Assembly (NCBI GenBank): GCA_951406725.2
Contig: OX597838.1
Location: 8,556,001 to 8,620,000, forward strand
DNA from: Octopus vulgaris
Lineage: Eukaryota
Direction: 5' to 3'
DNA length: 64,000 nucleotides
The position numbers were made by a program, and so were the translations under genes. Position 1 is the first letter of the stretch. Every line of letters starts with the position of its first letter. Below, piece after piece: positions 31,861-46,037 of the stretch. The notes beneath the pieces are model-generated. The model was not told the origin of the DNA and made no database searches. It saw only the letters and a program-made list of their open reading frames with translations.

Positions 31861-32275
31861 AGGCGCAGGAGTGGCTGTGTGGTAAGTAGCTTGTTTACCA
31901 ACCACATGGTTCCGGGTTCAGTCCCACTGCGTGGCACCTTGGCCAAGTGTCTTCTACTATAGCCTCGGGCCAACCAAAGCCTTGTGAGTGGATCTGGTAG
32001 ACGGAAACTGAAAGAAGCCCGTCGTATATATGTATATATATATATGCGTGTGTGTGTTTGTGTGTCTGTGTTTGTCCCCCTAGCATTGCTTGACAACCGA
32101 TGCTGGTGTGTTTATGTCCCCGTCACTTAGTGGTTCGGCAAAAAGAGACCGATAGAATAAGTACTGGGCTTACAAAGAATAAGTCCCGGGGTCGAGTTGC
32201 TCGATTAAAGGTGGTGCTCCAGCATGGCCGCAGTCAAATGACTGAAACAAGTAAAAGAGTAAAAGAGTAAAGAGT
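31861..32275 (+). mobile_element. tRNA-derived SINE family A, full-length reference copy
   Basis: Head GGCGCAGGAGTGGCTGTGTGGT..GGTTCAGTCCC (A/B boxes), CCTTGG.CAAG, internal (TA)/(TG), tail (GTAAAAGA)n. Confidence 0.93.
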
Positions 32276-32294
32276 ATACATACACACATACACA

Positions 32295-32430
32295 CGACGG
32301 GCTCCTATCAGTTTCAGTCTACCAAATCCACTCACAAAGCTGTTCGTTGGCCCATGGTCCAACGATCCATGCCCTGGGACTGAACCCAAGACAACATGGT
32401 TTGGAAGCAAGCTTCCTAACTACAAACCCA
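32295..32430 (-). mobile_element. SINE A 5' fragment
   Basis: Diverged reverse complement of the family head. Confidence 0.7.
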
Positions 32431-32469
32431 TGCATACACAGACACACACACATACGCATATATATATAC

Positions 32470-32524
<55 letters not shown>

Positions 32525-32525
32525 C

Positions 32526-32653
<128 letters not shown>

Positions 32654-32663
32654 GTATATATAT

Positions 32664-32947
32664 ATATTGTTATATTTCGGAATGGTCATATTGCCAGTTT
32701 AGCCAATAAAAACACACGCACTATATATTTGTTGTTATTTTGCTTCAGTGATATTTATTTTTTACATTAATCTTAATCTTATTAAGATTAATGTAAAAAA
32801 TAAATATCACTGAAGCAAAATAACACCAAATATATAGTGCGTGTGTTTTTATTGGCTAAACTGGCAATATGACCATTCCGAAATATAACAATATCTGTTT
32901 CAACACACGACTTCACATAAAAAATCTTGCACAACAAATATTTAAAC

Positions 32948-32949
<2 letters not shown>
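32664..32949. mobile_element. Fold-back element related to those at 13801 and 37380
   Basis: 114-bp arms 32664-32777 and 32781-32894 with one mismatch seen; tail TTCAACACACGA..CTTGC shared with the other two; sits in (TA)n. Confidence 0.8.
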
Positions 32950-32998
<49 letters not shown>

Positions 32999-33202
32999 AC
33001 ACGAGATTATCTAAACATGTTTATATGTGAGGGAATGTGTGCTCGTAGATATATATACATGCATGAGTGCGTTCAGTGCGCGCATTTATAACTAATAAAT
33101 AAACATTTCAACAGAATAAAAACGGATATTAAGCCATAATGAAAGTAAACAGCATCTTTGTCGACATTAAAAGTCGGATATTGAGAAATAATGTAGCTAC
33201 AT

Positions 33203-33221
33203 ACGCCAGTAGATGGCGCTT
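33203..33221 (+). promoter_or_regulatory. Candidate CTCF-binding site
   Basis: CGCCAGTAGATGGCGCT fits the CCASYAGRKGGCRS consensus, in unique sequence. Confidence 0.5.
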
Positions 33222-33323
33222 GTTTTAGAGCCGGATGTACATCGATTATTTCGGTATTCTGGATAATTTTCGACAATTATTATCATTCACAACATATTGT
33301 GGGTAAAGGTGAGCATATTGTAC

Positions 33324-33358
<35 letters not shown>

Positions 33359-33460
33359 CATATATACGCACATACATACGAGACACGTTTTGTAATATAT
33401 GTATATATTTATGATGCATGTTTAGATATATATTTAGGTATATATGTTTAGATAAGATAA

Positions 33461-33501
<41 letters not shown>

Positions 33502-33504
33502 GCG

Positions 33505-33790
33505 AAGGCGTGGCTGTGTGGTAAGTAGCTTGCTTCCCAACCACATGTTTCCGGGTTCACTCTCACTGCGTGTCACCTTCGGCGTCTTCAATCATAACCT
33601 CGGGTCGACCAATCAATGTGTGTGTGTCTCTCTATGTCTGTGTTTGTCCTCCACCCCATCACCACTTGATAACCGGTGCTGGTGTGTTTTCGTCCCCGTA
33701 ACATAGCGGTTCAGCGAAACAGAACGATAGAATAAGTACCAGGCTTCTTAAGCATTAAGTACTGTGGTCAATTTCACTCGACGAAAACCC
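33505..33790 (+). mobile_element. Degraded SINE A
   Basis: Head and 3' body match the family, with an internal deletion. Confidence 0.8.
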
Positions 33791-33813
33791 TTCTATCTAT
33801 CTATCTATCTATC

Positions 33814-33859
<46 letters not shown>

Positions 33860-34759
33860 CATAGATAGATACATACATACATACATACATACATAAATAG
33901 ATAGATACATAAATAGATAGATAGACAGACAGACAAATAGATATATACACCTACGATTATGTTAAATGGTTGGGAGTCTTTTATGAGCAAAACCAGGGTA
34001 CTCAACATGATATAGTAGAGTTAAGTTTGTGATTATATATGGAGCCTTAACTAGTCACTCTATTTCTGCACACTAAATGGCTACAATTTTCCTGTTTTGC
34101 TACACTTTTCCCCAGTCGCTCGATGAATAAATTAAATTTCCTGCAGGTAATACCTCTCATTACAGTTAGTAATGAAAACATTAACATTTCTGATCAAGCA
34201 TGATTAGGTGAAGTTTTTTCGAAAGGCTCTGGCTTATTATTTATTTAATATTCTCTGTTTTGCTTCGTGTTCTTTCCATTAAACTGACTAAACTTAAGAA
34301 ATTGAGAAAATATGTTTCGAAATATGTACTTGCACATAGTTAAATAGCTGCTTTCTTGAGATGATAAATATCTTGCTTCGATGGATTAGGAAATTGAAGT
34401 TTTGTGTGAACATGTTGCGTGGGAAGCGAAAACTGATGCAGCAAATAGCAAAAACTGTTGAAACATAGCATTTTGGAAAAAAAATAAATGCTTGTTTGTT
34501 TATAATGGTGTTGCTGAAGATGTGGGGAAATGTGGTTATGGCAATATTTGGTGTACAAAGCTATTTATTAATCCATCCGATCATATGGCGACTTAACTGC
34601 CCTTTTATCAGTAAGTATTTGTCGAAATGACAACATTTATTAAATACCTCTAGTCTGATTTAAATATTCAACAAATTTATTGAGGTTCAGTAGTATGAGT
34701 TTCTTATCGATTATACATAACCCATTGAAATTTGTACCATTTGTGTACCCCCCGATCTT

Positions 34760-34930
34760 TGGTCTATGTACCTTGTCCAGTAAGGTTACTCCAGAAATCC
34801 ATCAGAGAAACCCCAATTCGGCCACTTGTATTCCTGATACAACTCTTTCAGTCTGCTCATGGATGTTGACTAATCAAATTGAAAATAAAATAATTCTCAA
34901 ACTGTATTAAAGACAGTAAGTCTGACCATT
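34760..34930 (-). mobile_element. Degraded RTE-like LINE fragment
   Basis: Minus strand TERVVSGIQVAELGFL*WISGVTLLDKVH resembles RTE IQAAEMxFLRRxxGxTLxDxV. Confidence 0.55.
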
Positions 34931-34980
34931 TTTAATGGCTCTTTTCTCTTCTGTGGATCAAACGTTGGGGCTGAGACATC

Positions 34981-35190
34981 ACTCTTTTGCTCTTTTACTT
35001 GTTTCAGTCATTTGACTGCGGCCATGCTGGAGCACCGCCTTTAATCGAGCAACTCGACCCCGGGAATTATTCTTTTGTAAGCCCAGTACTTATTCTATCG
35101 GTCTCTTTTGCCGAACCGCTAAGTAACGGGGACATAAACACACCACCATCGGTTGTCAAGCAATGCTAGGGCGACAAACACAGACACACA

Positions 35191-35238
<48 letters not shown>

Positions 35239-35403
35239 TACGACGGGCTTCTTTCAGTTTCCGTCTACCAAATCCACTCACAAGGCTTTGGTCGGCCCGA
35301 GGCTATAGTAGAAGACACTTGCCCAAGGTGCCACGCAGTGGGACTGAACCTGGAACCATGTGGTTGGTAAACAAGCTACTTACCACACAGCCACTCCTGC
35401 GCC
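34981..35403 (-). mobile_element. SINE A, full-length
   Basis: Close reverse-complement match to 31861-32275. Confidence 0.93.
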
Positions 35404-35687
35404 ACGGTGCAAGATCCTGCAAGTTTAGCCTCCAAATTCAAACTTCTGCCTTCCATCGCTCATGAACACGGCTCCCTCATACTTAAAGTTCTTCACTTGT
35501 TTTAGTGATGTTCCACTAAATGCAGAATGCACCGAGAAGTTTAAATAAAAAAAGCATCTGTTCTTTATTACCTATAATCTTCATCTTGTTTTAAAACGGT
35601 GCATATGATTGTTTCACTCGATCAACACATAGAGGGCGCTCACTCTCTGGCTTTCTAGTGCCATTAACAAAACCTTTTTTTTTTTAT

Positions 35688-36004
35688 CATTATCATCATC
35701 ATCATCATCACTATTATTATTATTATTATTATTATTATTGTTGTTGTTGTTGTTGTTGTTGTTATTATTATTATTATTATTATTATTAATATTATCGTTA
35801 TTATTATTATTATTATTTTTATTATCATTATCATCATCATCATCATTATTATTATTATTATTACTATTATCATTATCATCATTATCATCATCATCATCAT
35901 TATTATTATTATTATTATTATTACTATTATTATTACTATTATCATTATTATTATTATTATTATTACTATTATTATTATCATTATCATCATTATCATCATC
36001 ATCA

Positions 36005-36080
<76 letters not shown>
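35688..36080. repeat. (ATT)/(ATC)/(GTT) microsatellite
   Basis: Directly visible. Confidence 0.95.
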
Positions 36081-36081
<1 letters not shown>

Positions 36082-36835
36082 TCGAGTTGGCTTTCTACGT
36101 TTTCTCGCTTTCATTGTTCCTTTTTTCTCCATTGTTTGTTTGTTAATGGAGAGAAATATTGAAAAGTATTTGAAATGAGAAGGGAGAAAAACAAGCGATG
36201 TCACGAGGAGAGAAAGAAGAGACCCTAAAAGAATGAGAGCTTTTGCTTCCGTTGCTATGGTAACCGAATACACTCGCTCCGAGATTTATTTTATTTGTTT
36301 ATTTATTTATATATTTGCATAGGATTGTGTTTGAAATTTATCTCGTGGTAAAGAGGAAAAAAAAAACAGGTTGCAGTTAATGAACCGTGTAAACTGGGGG
36401 TGCGGGGGGTTAATGGAAACCGTACTAAACGAGGGGCTTCTGAACACACACACATGCGCGCACACAAACACACACACGCACACACACAGACACACATACA
36501 TGCACACGTTCAGACGTGCACCTGCGCGCACACACGCATGCCCGTACATTTATATACCCTATACCCAAAAGATATACACGAACTCACACGTGTATGTATA
36601 TATTTATACACTCACATACAAACAGCTATTTATATTCATACTTAGACTTGCACCACAAAAACACTACACACACACACGCACATACACATTCACACGTATA
36701 TACATACACGCACATATTTTACACATACACACACACACACACATATATATATAGAGATATATACATACGCACACACGTATATAAACACACGTATTTATAC
36801 ACACATATACATACATGCATACCTATATATATATA

Positions 36836-36872
<37 letters not shown>

Positions 36873-36884
36873 GTGTATACATAC

Positions 36885-36923
<39 letters not shown>

Positions 36924-37252
36924 AACACCACATACACACACTCGCACACGTATATACATACACACACTTACGTATGCACGTATATGCATATATGCACATA
37001 TATATATATACATACATACACGTATATATATATATATATACATACACATGAATATACACACATATAAATGCATACACACTCACGCACACGTGTACATACA
37101 CACGCACGTATGTTTATGCACTTATATATTTATCTACACACCTATATTTACACATATATACACACACCAGACACGCAGGAAGTGTGTCTGTGTATATTTA
37201 TGAATGTGCGTATGTGCGTAGTATGTGTGAGCTTGTGTGTATACATATATAT

Positions 37253-37283
<31 letters not shown>

Positions 37284-37298
37284 TACATATATATATAC

Positions 37299-37378
<80 letters not shown>

Positions 37379-37380
<2 letters not shown>

Positions 37381-37733
37381 CGGAGATGTACTCGCATAGC
37401 AAGTAATTTGATCTGAGATCGTGTGCTGAAACGAAAACAATTGCAGCGTGGGAGGTGTTTATAAGCCATTTAAGAAACACACAAAAGCCGTTCGATTCAC
37501 TCCAACATTTAAGTTTAATTTGTCAAAATATTTTCGTCGCTAAAATCCGCGACCTGTTCACTGACAAAGTCCGTGCTGCAGCACGGACTTTGTCAGCAGC
37601 ACGGACTTTGTCAGTGAACAGGTCGCGGATTTTAGCGACGAAAATATTTTGACAAATTAAACTTAAATGTTGGAGTGAATCGAACGGCTTTTGTGTGTTT
37701 CTTAAATGGCTTATAAACACCTCCCACGCTGCA

Positions 37734-37738
<5 letters not shown>
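37379..37738. mobile_element. Fold-back Penelope-like element with an HHR motif in each arm
   Basis: Apparently perfect arms 37437-37579 and 37596-37738; 18-bp duplication CAGCACGGACTTTGTCAG at the centre; (TA)n on both sides. Confidence 0.85.
37607..37656 (+). ncRNA. Minimal type I hammerhead motif, G3-C8 variant (mirror copy at 37519-37568, minus strand)
   Basis: TTTGTCA-GTGAACA-G-GTCGC ggatttta GCGAC-GAA-AATATT-T-TGACAAA. Confidence 0.7.
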
Positions 37739-37782
<44 letters not shown>

Positions 37783-37824
37783 GTACACATGCATACATAT
37801 ATATGCATATATATCTATATCTAG

Positions 37825-37879
<55 letters not shown>

Positions 37880-38155
37880 CATATATACATATATATACAT
37901 ACATATATATATATATATATATATTCGAGATTCTTCAGGTACCGTTCCAATTTTCACAGACGCCACGTTATAATTTTAATTTAATTTATGCTAATTTATT
38001 ACGGACCACTTTTGTGATAAATACTTCGCTTTTTTTTTCTTTTTTGTGTAGATGAATTAAAATGTGACATGTAAAGCGCATGCGTTTCAGTTATATGCAT
38101 CTACAACACAGACACACGCAGAGAATACGCACAAACACATATACACATATAAGTG

Positions 38156-38222
<67 letters not shown>

Positions 38223-38271
38223 ACACACATATTTACTCATAAAAATATACATTCATATACATATGTAATAC

Positions 38272-38305
<34 letters not shown>

Positions 38306-38331
38306 TTATATACATATGTAATATATATACG

Positions 38332-38389
<58 letters not shown>

Positions 38390-38405
38390 AATTACATACA
38401 TATAG

Positions 38406-38470
<65 letters not shown>

Positions 38471-38497
38471 CATATATTTATGTATTTGTATATATGT

Positions 38498-38546
<49 letters not shown>

Positions 38547-38752
38547 CATGTGTGTGTGTGTGTATGTAAATGCATGAATGTATACATGTTTGTACTTAGG
38601 TAGGTTCTTTGTTGTCTGTACAAGCAGTAATTAAAAATGTCTCTAATTTTATGTTAATATACATGTGTGTATGTGCATATGTGTGTGTGTATGCATATAG
38701 ATATATATATGTGTGTGTGTGTGTGTGTACATGTAGATGTATGCATATGTGA

Positions 38753-38806
<54 letters not shown>

Positions 38807-38914
38807 GTGCGTGCTCGTGTGAGTACACGACGAGATACTCTGGCAGGTTGCAAATAAATAATTTCTCAGATAAAAGTAAAACGTTTCTTCAGCCCAGCTG
38901 ATCCAAATTACACT

Positions 38915-40555
38915 CCACTACACCGCCGCCGCCGCCACCACCACCGCTACCGCCCACCACCACCACCACCACCATTACAACCAATTTCCACTGCTCTTAC
39001 ACAGCCGATACCACTGCCTACCCGTCAATGCACCCACCGCCCACCACCCACCACAACCGCATCCTCAGCATCACCATCACTAAACGCCACCACCCCGAAC
39101 ATCACCACAAACCCAACCATCACTACCACCACTGCTACTATTACTGCCACCACTACCACTGGCATCACCATCAATCACCACCAATCCCACATCGCTATCG
39201 CCACCACTATCTCCACCACCACCACCACCATCTCCATCACCACCACCACCACCATCACTATATCGCTTCCGTCACTGCTACCACCACCACTACCAAACAA
39301 CTAGTACGACTATTACTACCACCGCCACCATCTCTACCACTGCCACCATCACTACTACCACTAGAACCACTATTACAACTTTTACCACCATCCCCACTAT
39401 CATCACCACTGCAACCACCACCGATACCATTAGCACCACCACCACTACTACTAACACTACCACCTTCTCCACCTCCATCACTATATTGCTTCCGCAACCA
39501 CCGCTACCATTGCAACTACTACTACAACTCCTACTAACACTCACAATTATCCCCTACCACTGTCGACACCACCACCACCACCTACTCCACTGTACTATCA
39601 TTGTTACTACCAGCACCATATCATACTACTATCTTCATCGCCGCTACAACATTTCCCCTACCACCACTACAAATTCCAAGTCCTACTACACAACGGGCAC
39701 CACTAACAAAACTACAACCAACACTACATTAATGCCACTACCACCATCACCAAAAACACTACAAAACCATCGCCGATACCACCCCCACCATCGACAATAC
39801 TACTACAAACCATCGCCGATACCACTAGAAACCATCGATGATAACATTACAAATTATCACCGATACCAACTTCACCATCGTGAATACCGGCCCGCCATCG
39901 CCACTACCACTACAGAACCATCGCCCATGTCACTACAAAACCATTGTCGATACTACTACAAACCATCACCGATACCACTCTAGCCATCGTCGGTACCACT
40001 CCCATCATCACTGGTACTACTGCATATCCATCGTCGATGACACTGCAAGCTATCGCCGATACCACTACAAGCCATTACCGGTACCACTCCAGCCATCGTC
40101 AATACCACTTCTGCCATCATCAGTACCGCTAACACTACTGCTACCGTAGCTACTAGCGCAGCCAGTGCTACAGCTGCATTTATCCTACACTACTACCACT
40201 GCAACATTGACACTACCACAACAGTTGTCCTCATTGTGCAGCACTACTGCAACCACGACCATTAAAATCACTACCACGGTCCACCGTGGCCAATACAATC
40301 ACTACCATTGACGCTACGCTCAAGCACCACTGCTACTAAACCCACGCTCTTGTTTACTACCACCACTACTCATAATCCGAACTCTTACCTCCACCTTCGT
40401 CAACACTATGGCTACCGATACCCCCTATCATAATCCCTCCCAACTACCTTTCTCAGACACAGCTGCTGCCGCCATCCTTCACCACCATTACTTTCAACAA
40501 CAGTTATTATCACCACCGTCATCAGTAACGTTGTGACGACCGTCGCTACTACTTC
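38915..40555. repeat. Degenerate (ACC/ACT)n tract with an internal ~20-25 bp minisatellite
   Basis: Units like ACCATCGCCGATACCACTACAA recur at 39765-40130. Confidence 0.85.
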
Positions 40556-40702
40556 TTTTGTTACTTATTACTGTGACCTCCACCCACTCCACGATATAGC
40601 ACCGTCAATCCCTTCTAATTTATAACATCATAACAGCCTCTCACCAACACCACGTTAGCATTATCATACACGCGCGCAAACAAATATGTGTACAGAGACA
40701 TA

Positions 40703-40765
<63 letters not shown>

Positions 40766-41089
40766 CACATATATATAAACATATTTGTGAACATAGATAT
40801 ATGTATATAAATGTATTTGTAGTTGCATATATATGAGTATATATTTATGTGTGTGTGCGCATGCACACATATGAATATAATGAATATATATATGTATTTA
40901 GAATATATAATGTACAGGTATGTATTATGTATGTTTATATGTATATATGTGTGTGTGCATTAATTCATATATATACACGTATATGTGTGGGTGGGTGTAT
41001 GTATATGTTAGTATATGTGTACATCGTTTATGAGGGACAAGACGAAATAGAGCAATCAATATACGGCATCGATTCGGCTGATGCCTTCT

Positions 41090-41322
41090 TATTCCTTTAT
41101 TGCCCACAAGGGGCTAAACACAGAGAGGACAAACAGGGACAGACAAACGGATTAAGTCGATTATATCGACCCCAGTGCGTAACTGGTACTTATTTAATCG
41201 ACCCCGAAAGGATGAAAGGCAAAGTCGACCTCGGCGGAATTTGAACTCAGAACGTAGCGGCAGATGAAATACCGGTGAGCATTACGCCCTGCGTGCTAAC
41301 GTTTCTGCCAGCTCGCCGCCTT
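41090..41322 (-). mobile_element. SINE family B
   Basis: Full copy; GCCTTCT duplicated at 41083-41089 and 41318-41324. Confidence 0.92.
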
Positions 41323-41968
41323 CTACCTTGACAGTAGAAGGCTGATACATTCTACCTTGACGTTATGTTTCACGCAAGCTTCATTAATCAGACGCCTTGC
41401 TTGTTCCTTAACGATGAACTTGACTTAATCCAAAATAGCTCCAGGATATCATTGGTTCATTGGTTAGCAAAGATTACTCTAGGTACATGTAAATGGGCCT
41501 TATTCGCAAATAAAGAAGAGTATAGGTCATTTAATAAGGGGTTTGAAATTTAACAATGTATATAAATAGGGGCAGCAACCATACTATCATGATGCTCTAT
41601 TGTAGTGTAGTATATTATTGCTAGGTATAACACTGTTTGGTAATGTGTTATAAATGCCAACGTATGCAGCGTTTTCCGAGACGTACTTCATTACAGAAAT
41701 TAGCAGACTCATATCAAACACCTCTAACACTAAATCTAGGAATACTTTGAACACTATACACATATACACGGACCCACACCAAATATCAAAAAATTGAAAA
41801 ATTTACTTGGTTTAACATTCCCTTTATTATGAATGTATCTACAAAGGTAATAATAGTTTCGCGTAAACTAATACATTTAGGTGGTCATGTATTCGTGTTA
41901 AATATATTTGAATTTGATGCCCATCATTTGTTGTATGGAGTAGACTGAATACATCTAACTACATGTAA

Positions 41969-42366
41969 GGCGGCGAGCTGGCAGAAACGTTAGCACGCCT
42001 GGTGAAATGCTTAGCGGTATTTCGTTTGCCGTTACGTTCTGAGTTCAAATTCCGCCGAGGTTGACTTTGCCTTTCATTCTTTCGGGGTCGATGAATTAAG
42101 TATCAGTTACGCACTGGGGTCGATATAATCGACTTAATCCGTTTGTCTGTCCTTGTTTGTCCTCTCTGTGTTTAGCCCCTTGTGGGTAGTAAAGAAATAG
42201 GTATTTCGTCTGTCTTTACATTCTAAGTTCAAATTCCACCAAGGTCGACATTGCCTTTCATCCTTCCAGGGTCGATAAATTAAGTACCAGTTGCCTACTG
42301 GGGTCGATCTAATCGACTGGCTCTCTCCCCAAAAATTTCGAGCCTTGTGCCTAGAGTAGAAAAGAA
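41969..42366 (+). mobile_element. SINE family B, dimeric form
   Basis: Body repeated from about 42200 with a different tail; TSD TACATGTAA at 41960-41968 and 42367-42375. Confidence 0.9.
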
Positions 42367-43307
42367 TACATGTAACTACATCCTTCTATTTGGTACGCCC
42401 AATAAAAATTAAGAGTTTCGATAACAAATGATATAAGCTTTTTGATCAGGTCCCTACACCTCTTAAGCCATTCTACTGCCACAGCTGATGTAATCAACGC
42501 AAAGGATCCTTATTGAGGATCCTTTTTGTATTTATAGCTGCAGTCAGTGTAGCGGTAGACCTGACGGCTCCATTGAGTATTTTAATTCTACAGAACAATG
42601 AACTCTTTCCTCCTAATCCAGTACCCGTTGGTTAGTGGATATATTACTTCTTGGAAGAGCTTTCAAAGCATTTGGAATCCGTTCGTGTACACACTAACGT
42701 GAAACAGTGCTCGCTGTGAAATTCACTCTCAAAGAACAACTTCTCTGAGGAGTAAACTTTTTATCGCTGCATTTCAGTTAAGCCTATACAGGTTTAACTT
42801 CAACCTAGAAAGCTTTCGCACACAGCATTTTTTTTTTCTGTTGTCTATGTAGAAATAGAAGTTTCCAGCTAAATCCTAAAGACTAAGGTAGTGTCTGTCA
42901 TTGAGAAGGCGATATCACGCTGAAACACCGGGTGTCTGACAGTCCGCTAACGTCATTTGGAGCATTAACATACTGGATCGGCCTCTCAAGATTTGTTCTC
43001 TGAGGCGGCATTAAACATCGAAAGCCATTTCCCATTTCTACGTACACCACCATTATACACACACACACACACACACACTTACATATAAACACACACATTC
43101 ACACGCACACACACATGCACATAATACATACATGCTTACATACTTCTTGCGCATACAGTAAATTAAGATGAGACAAGGAACCTACATACAAGCATTCATA
43201 CACACATATATGTGTGTACGTGTGTGTGTATGTGCGTGTGCATGTGTGCGTGTGTGTGTGCATGTGTGTGTGTCTGTGCGTGTGCATGTGTGCGTGCATG
43301 TGTGTGC

Positions 43308-43355
<48 letters not shown>

Positions 43356-43837
43356 TCTTAGAAGCCAACTGCCATTTATTCTTGTTCCATGTTCCGTGAC
43401 AGCTCGCCGGCGAAGCCTGTTGACATCGCAGCTAATGAGAGCTGGCGTTTGTGTAAGGCGTAGATAGATGGATAGACAGAGGGAGAGAGAGAGAAAGAGA
43501 GGCAGAGAAGAGAAGGAGTGATAAGGGAGACACGGAGAGGAGGGAAGGGAGGGAGGGAGGGAGCGGAACAGAAAGGTTTATTGCAATGGCGTGATGCTAG
43601 CCGTCTAAGGCCGTCGCTTTAGGCTGACTTGTGACATGTGACTTGTGACGTGGCCAACCTTAAACAAACTCTTAAATCAATTAGAAAGAGAGAAAATCTA
43701 CGACTTGGAAGGAGTCGACTAAAAACATTGGGAAATGCAGATGCAACACACACGTACACACATACACATGCATACACATACAGATACACACACATTCACA
43801 ATCACACCTACATACAAATCAGGTGTATATACGTATA

Positions 43838-43882
<45 letters not shown>

Positions 43883-44093
43883 AAACATGTATATATATAT
43901 ATATATACATACTCACACACACACACATATATATATATATATACATACACACATATATATATATATACATATATATACATACATATATACATTTATATAA
44001 TTTAGAATATATAAATGGTGGTGTACGTAGAAATATATATGCATATACACACACATATATATATATTCATATATATAAATATATATATATATA

Positions 44094-44157
<64 letters not shown>

Positions 44158-44924
44158 TATATATATATACATTCATATATATTCTCATATATATATATAT
44201 ATACACGCACATATGTAAACACACACATACGGAATTTAGAATATATGAATATATATTATGTGGGCGGATGCATGTAGGGGTGTTTATGACTCGTTACGAA
44301 GTTGGCTTTGCAAATAAGCAGTTTAGGTTCAATCCCGTTGCCTGGCACTTTAGGCACGTCATCTACTATAGACCCGGATCGAACAATACCTGTGATTTAG
44401 TCGACGGAAACTGTACGGAAGATGGCCATGTATATATATAGGTGTGTACCTTTGTGTTTGTTCGCGTGCCTTGACAATGGACACACACACACACACACAG
44501 AAATCCACGTGCAGATCAAACTCATTAATTATACCAAATTTTGCAGTTGTCTCCCCTTCATTCCTCAGAAAGAGGCTGTTTCTTTCACCTCAAAACGGGC
44601 GAAATATTGAAGTAATTGAAGTCGCTTGTGTTGTAACGCGTAGCGCTAAACCCTTGTGGCCAATAAATGATATCCGTTGTCATTTTGTAAGGAGTCCATA
44701 GTGGATGGTCAAGCGATTGTAAATCCTATTGTCACTGGATGTCTGGAAGTCACAAACACAGAATATATTCACAAGTACGACAGAAAACGATGGGCGACGA
44801 TGTCGTTTTATTATATTGTTTTGTTACTATCCATCGAGTCAAATTATAAATTTTTAACGTCTCTAATTAAGCAGATTAGACATCCATGTCAAGTCACAAA
44901 ACTTCTACAATGCCAGGTACACAC

Positions 44925-44980
<56 letters not shown>

Positions 44981-45004
44981 GTGCACACACACACACACAT
45001 ACAC

Positions 45005-46037
45005 AAGTAGAAATAGCAGTCAAAAATGCTTATTTCTAATTTCCACAAATGGGGCTCCAGGCACGACAAACCCTGTAATTCACATATGCAAAACAGAAGG
45101 AAAACGAAGTCTGGTGGTTATCTGTGAACATCATGTTTCTGGATATATATTTCATATATACTTTTGATTGTGGAAATTAGAAATAAGCATTTTTGACTGC
45201 TATTTCTACTTTTTTCGGTATGCGGTCAAGCAACCTGTTGCCTGTCCCTTTTTCTTATATACAATATATATACTGAACTTTACAGAAGTTCCTGCCGGTA
45301 ATCGGCTATATTTACATACCGAATTCTACCAGTAAATAATTGTGGTCTTTTTTTAAAAACCATTATAGAAATTATTTACCCTTATTATTATATTACTAAT
45401 TGGATTTTTCACTCCCTTACGACAACCCAATAGTTCCTACTCCTATGGAACTATTTTTGTAGTGCGCATGGCAAAATTTTGGAGGGAAGATTTATGAATT
45501 CAAACGTCTATGTAGGTTTAGCCTTTGCTCGCTTTCTTCAAATATTTTGATGTCGCATGGTCAGAAGGTTTGAGGTACGTAGCATTTGATAAATCTATGA
45601 TAAATCTATTTCAATGGAAAGCTGTGCTGAAGAAGGATGTGAAATATATATGCAATATATATAAAATATATATCAAAAGTATATATGAAATATATATTCA
45701 ATATGTTTATAATCCAGAAACATGATGTTCACAGATAACCACCAGACTTCGTTTTCGAATATCTATTCCTTCTGTTTTGCATATGTGAATTACAGGGTTT
45801 GTCGTGCCTGGAGCCCCATTTGTGGAAATTAGAAATAAGCATTTTTGACTGCTATTTCTACTTTTTTCGGTATGCGGTCAAGCAACCTGTTGCCTGTCCC
45901 TTTTTCTTATATACAATATATATACTGAACTTTACAGAAGTTCCTGCCGGTAATCGGCTATATTTACATACCGAATTCTACCAGTAAATAATTGTGGTCT
46001 TTTTTTAAAAACCATTATAGAAATTATTTACCCTTAT

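Noticed and set aside
38915-40555. Mucin-like Thr/Pro/His-rich coding region
   Set aside because: No continuous reading frame; degenerate ACC/ACT repeat
42540-42800. Possible exon or LINE endonuclease remnant
   Set aside because: No sustained reading frame or recognisable motif
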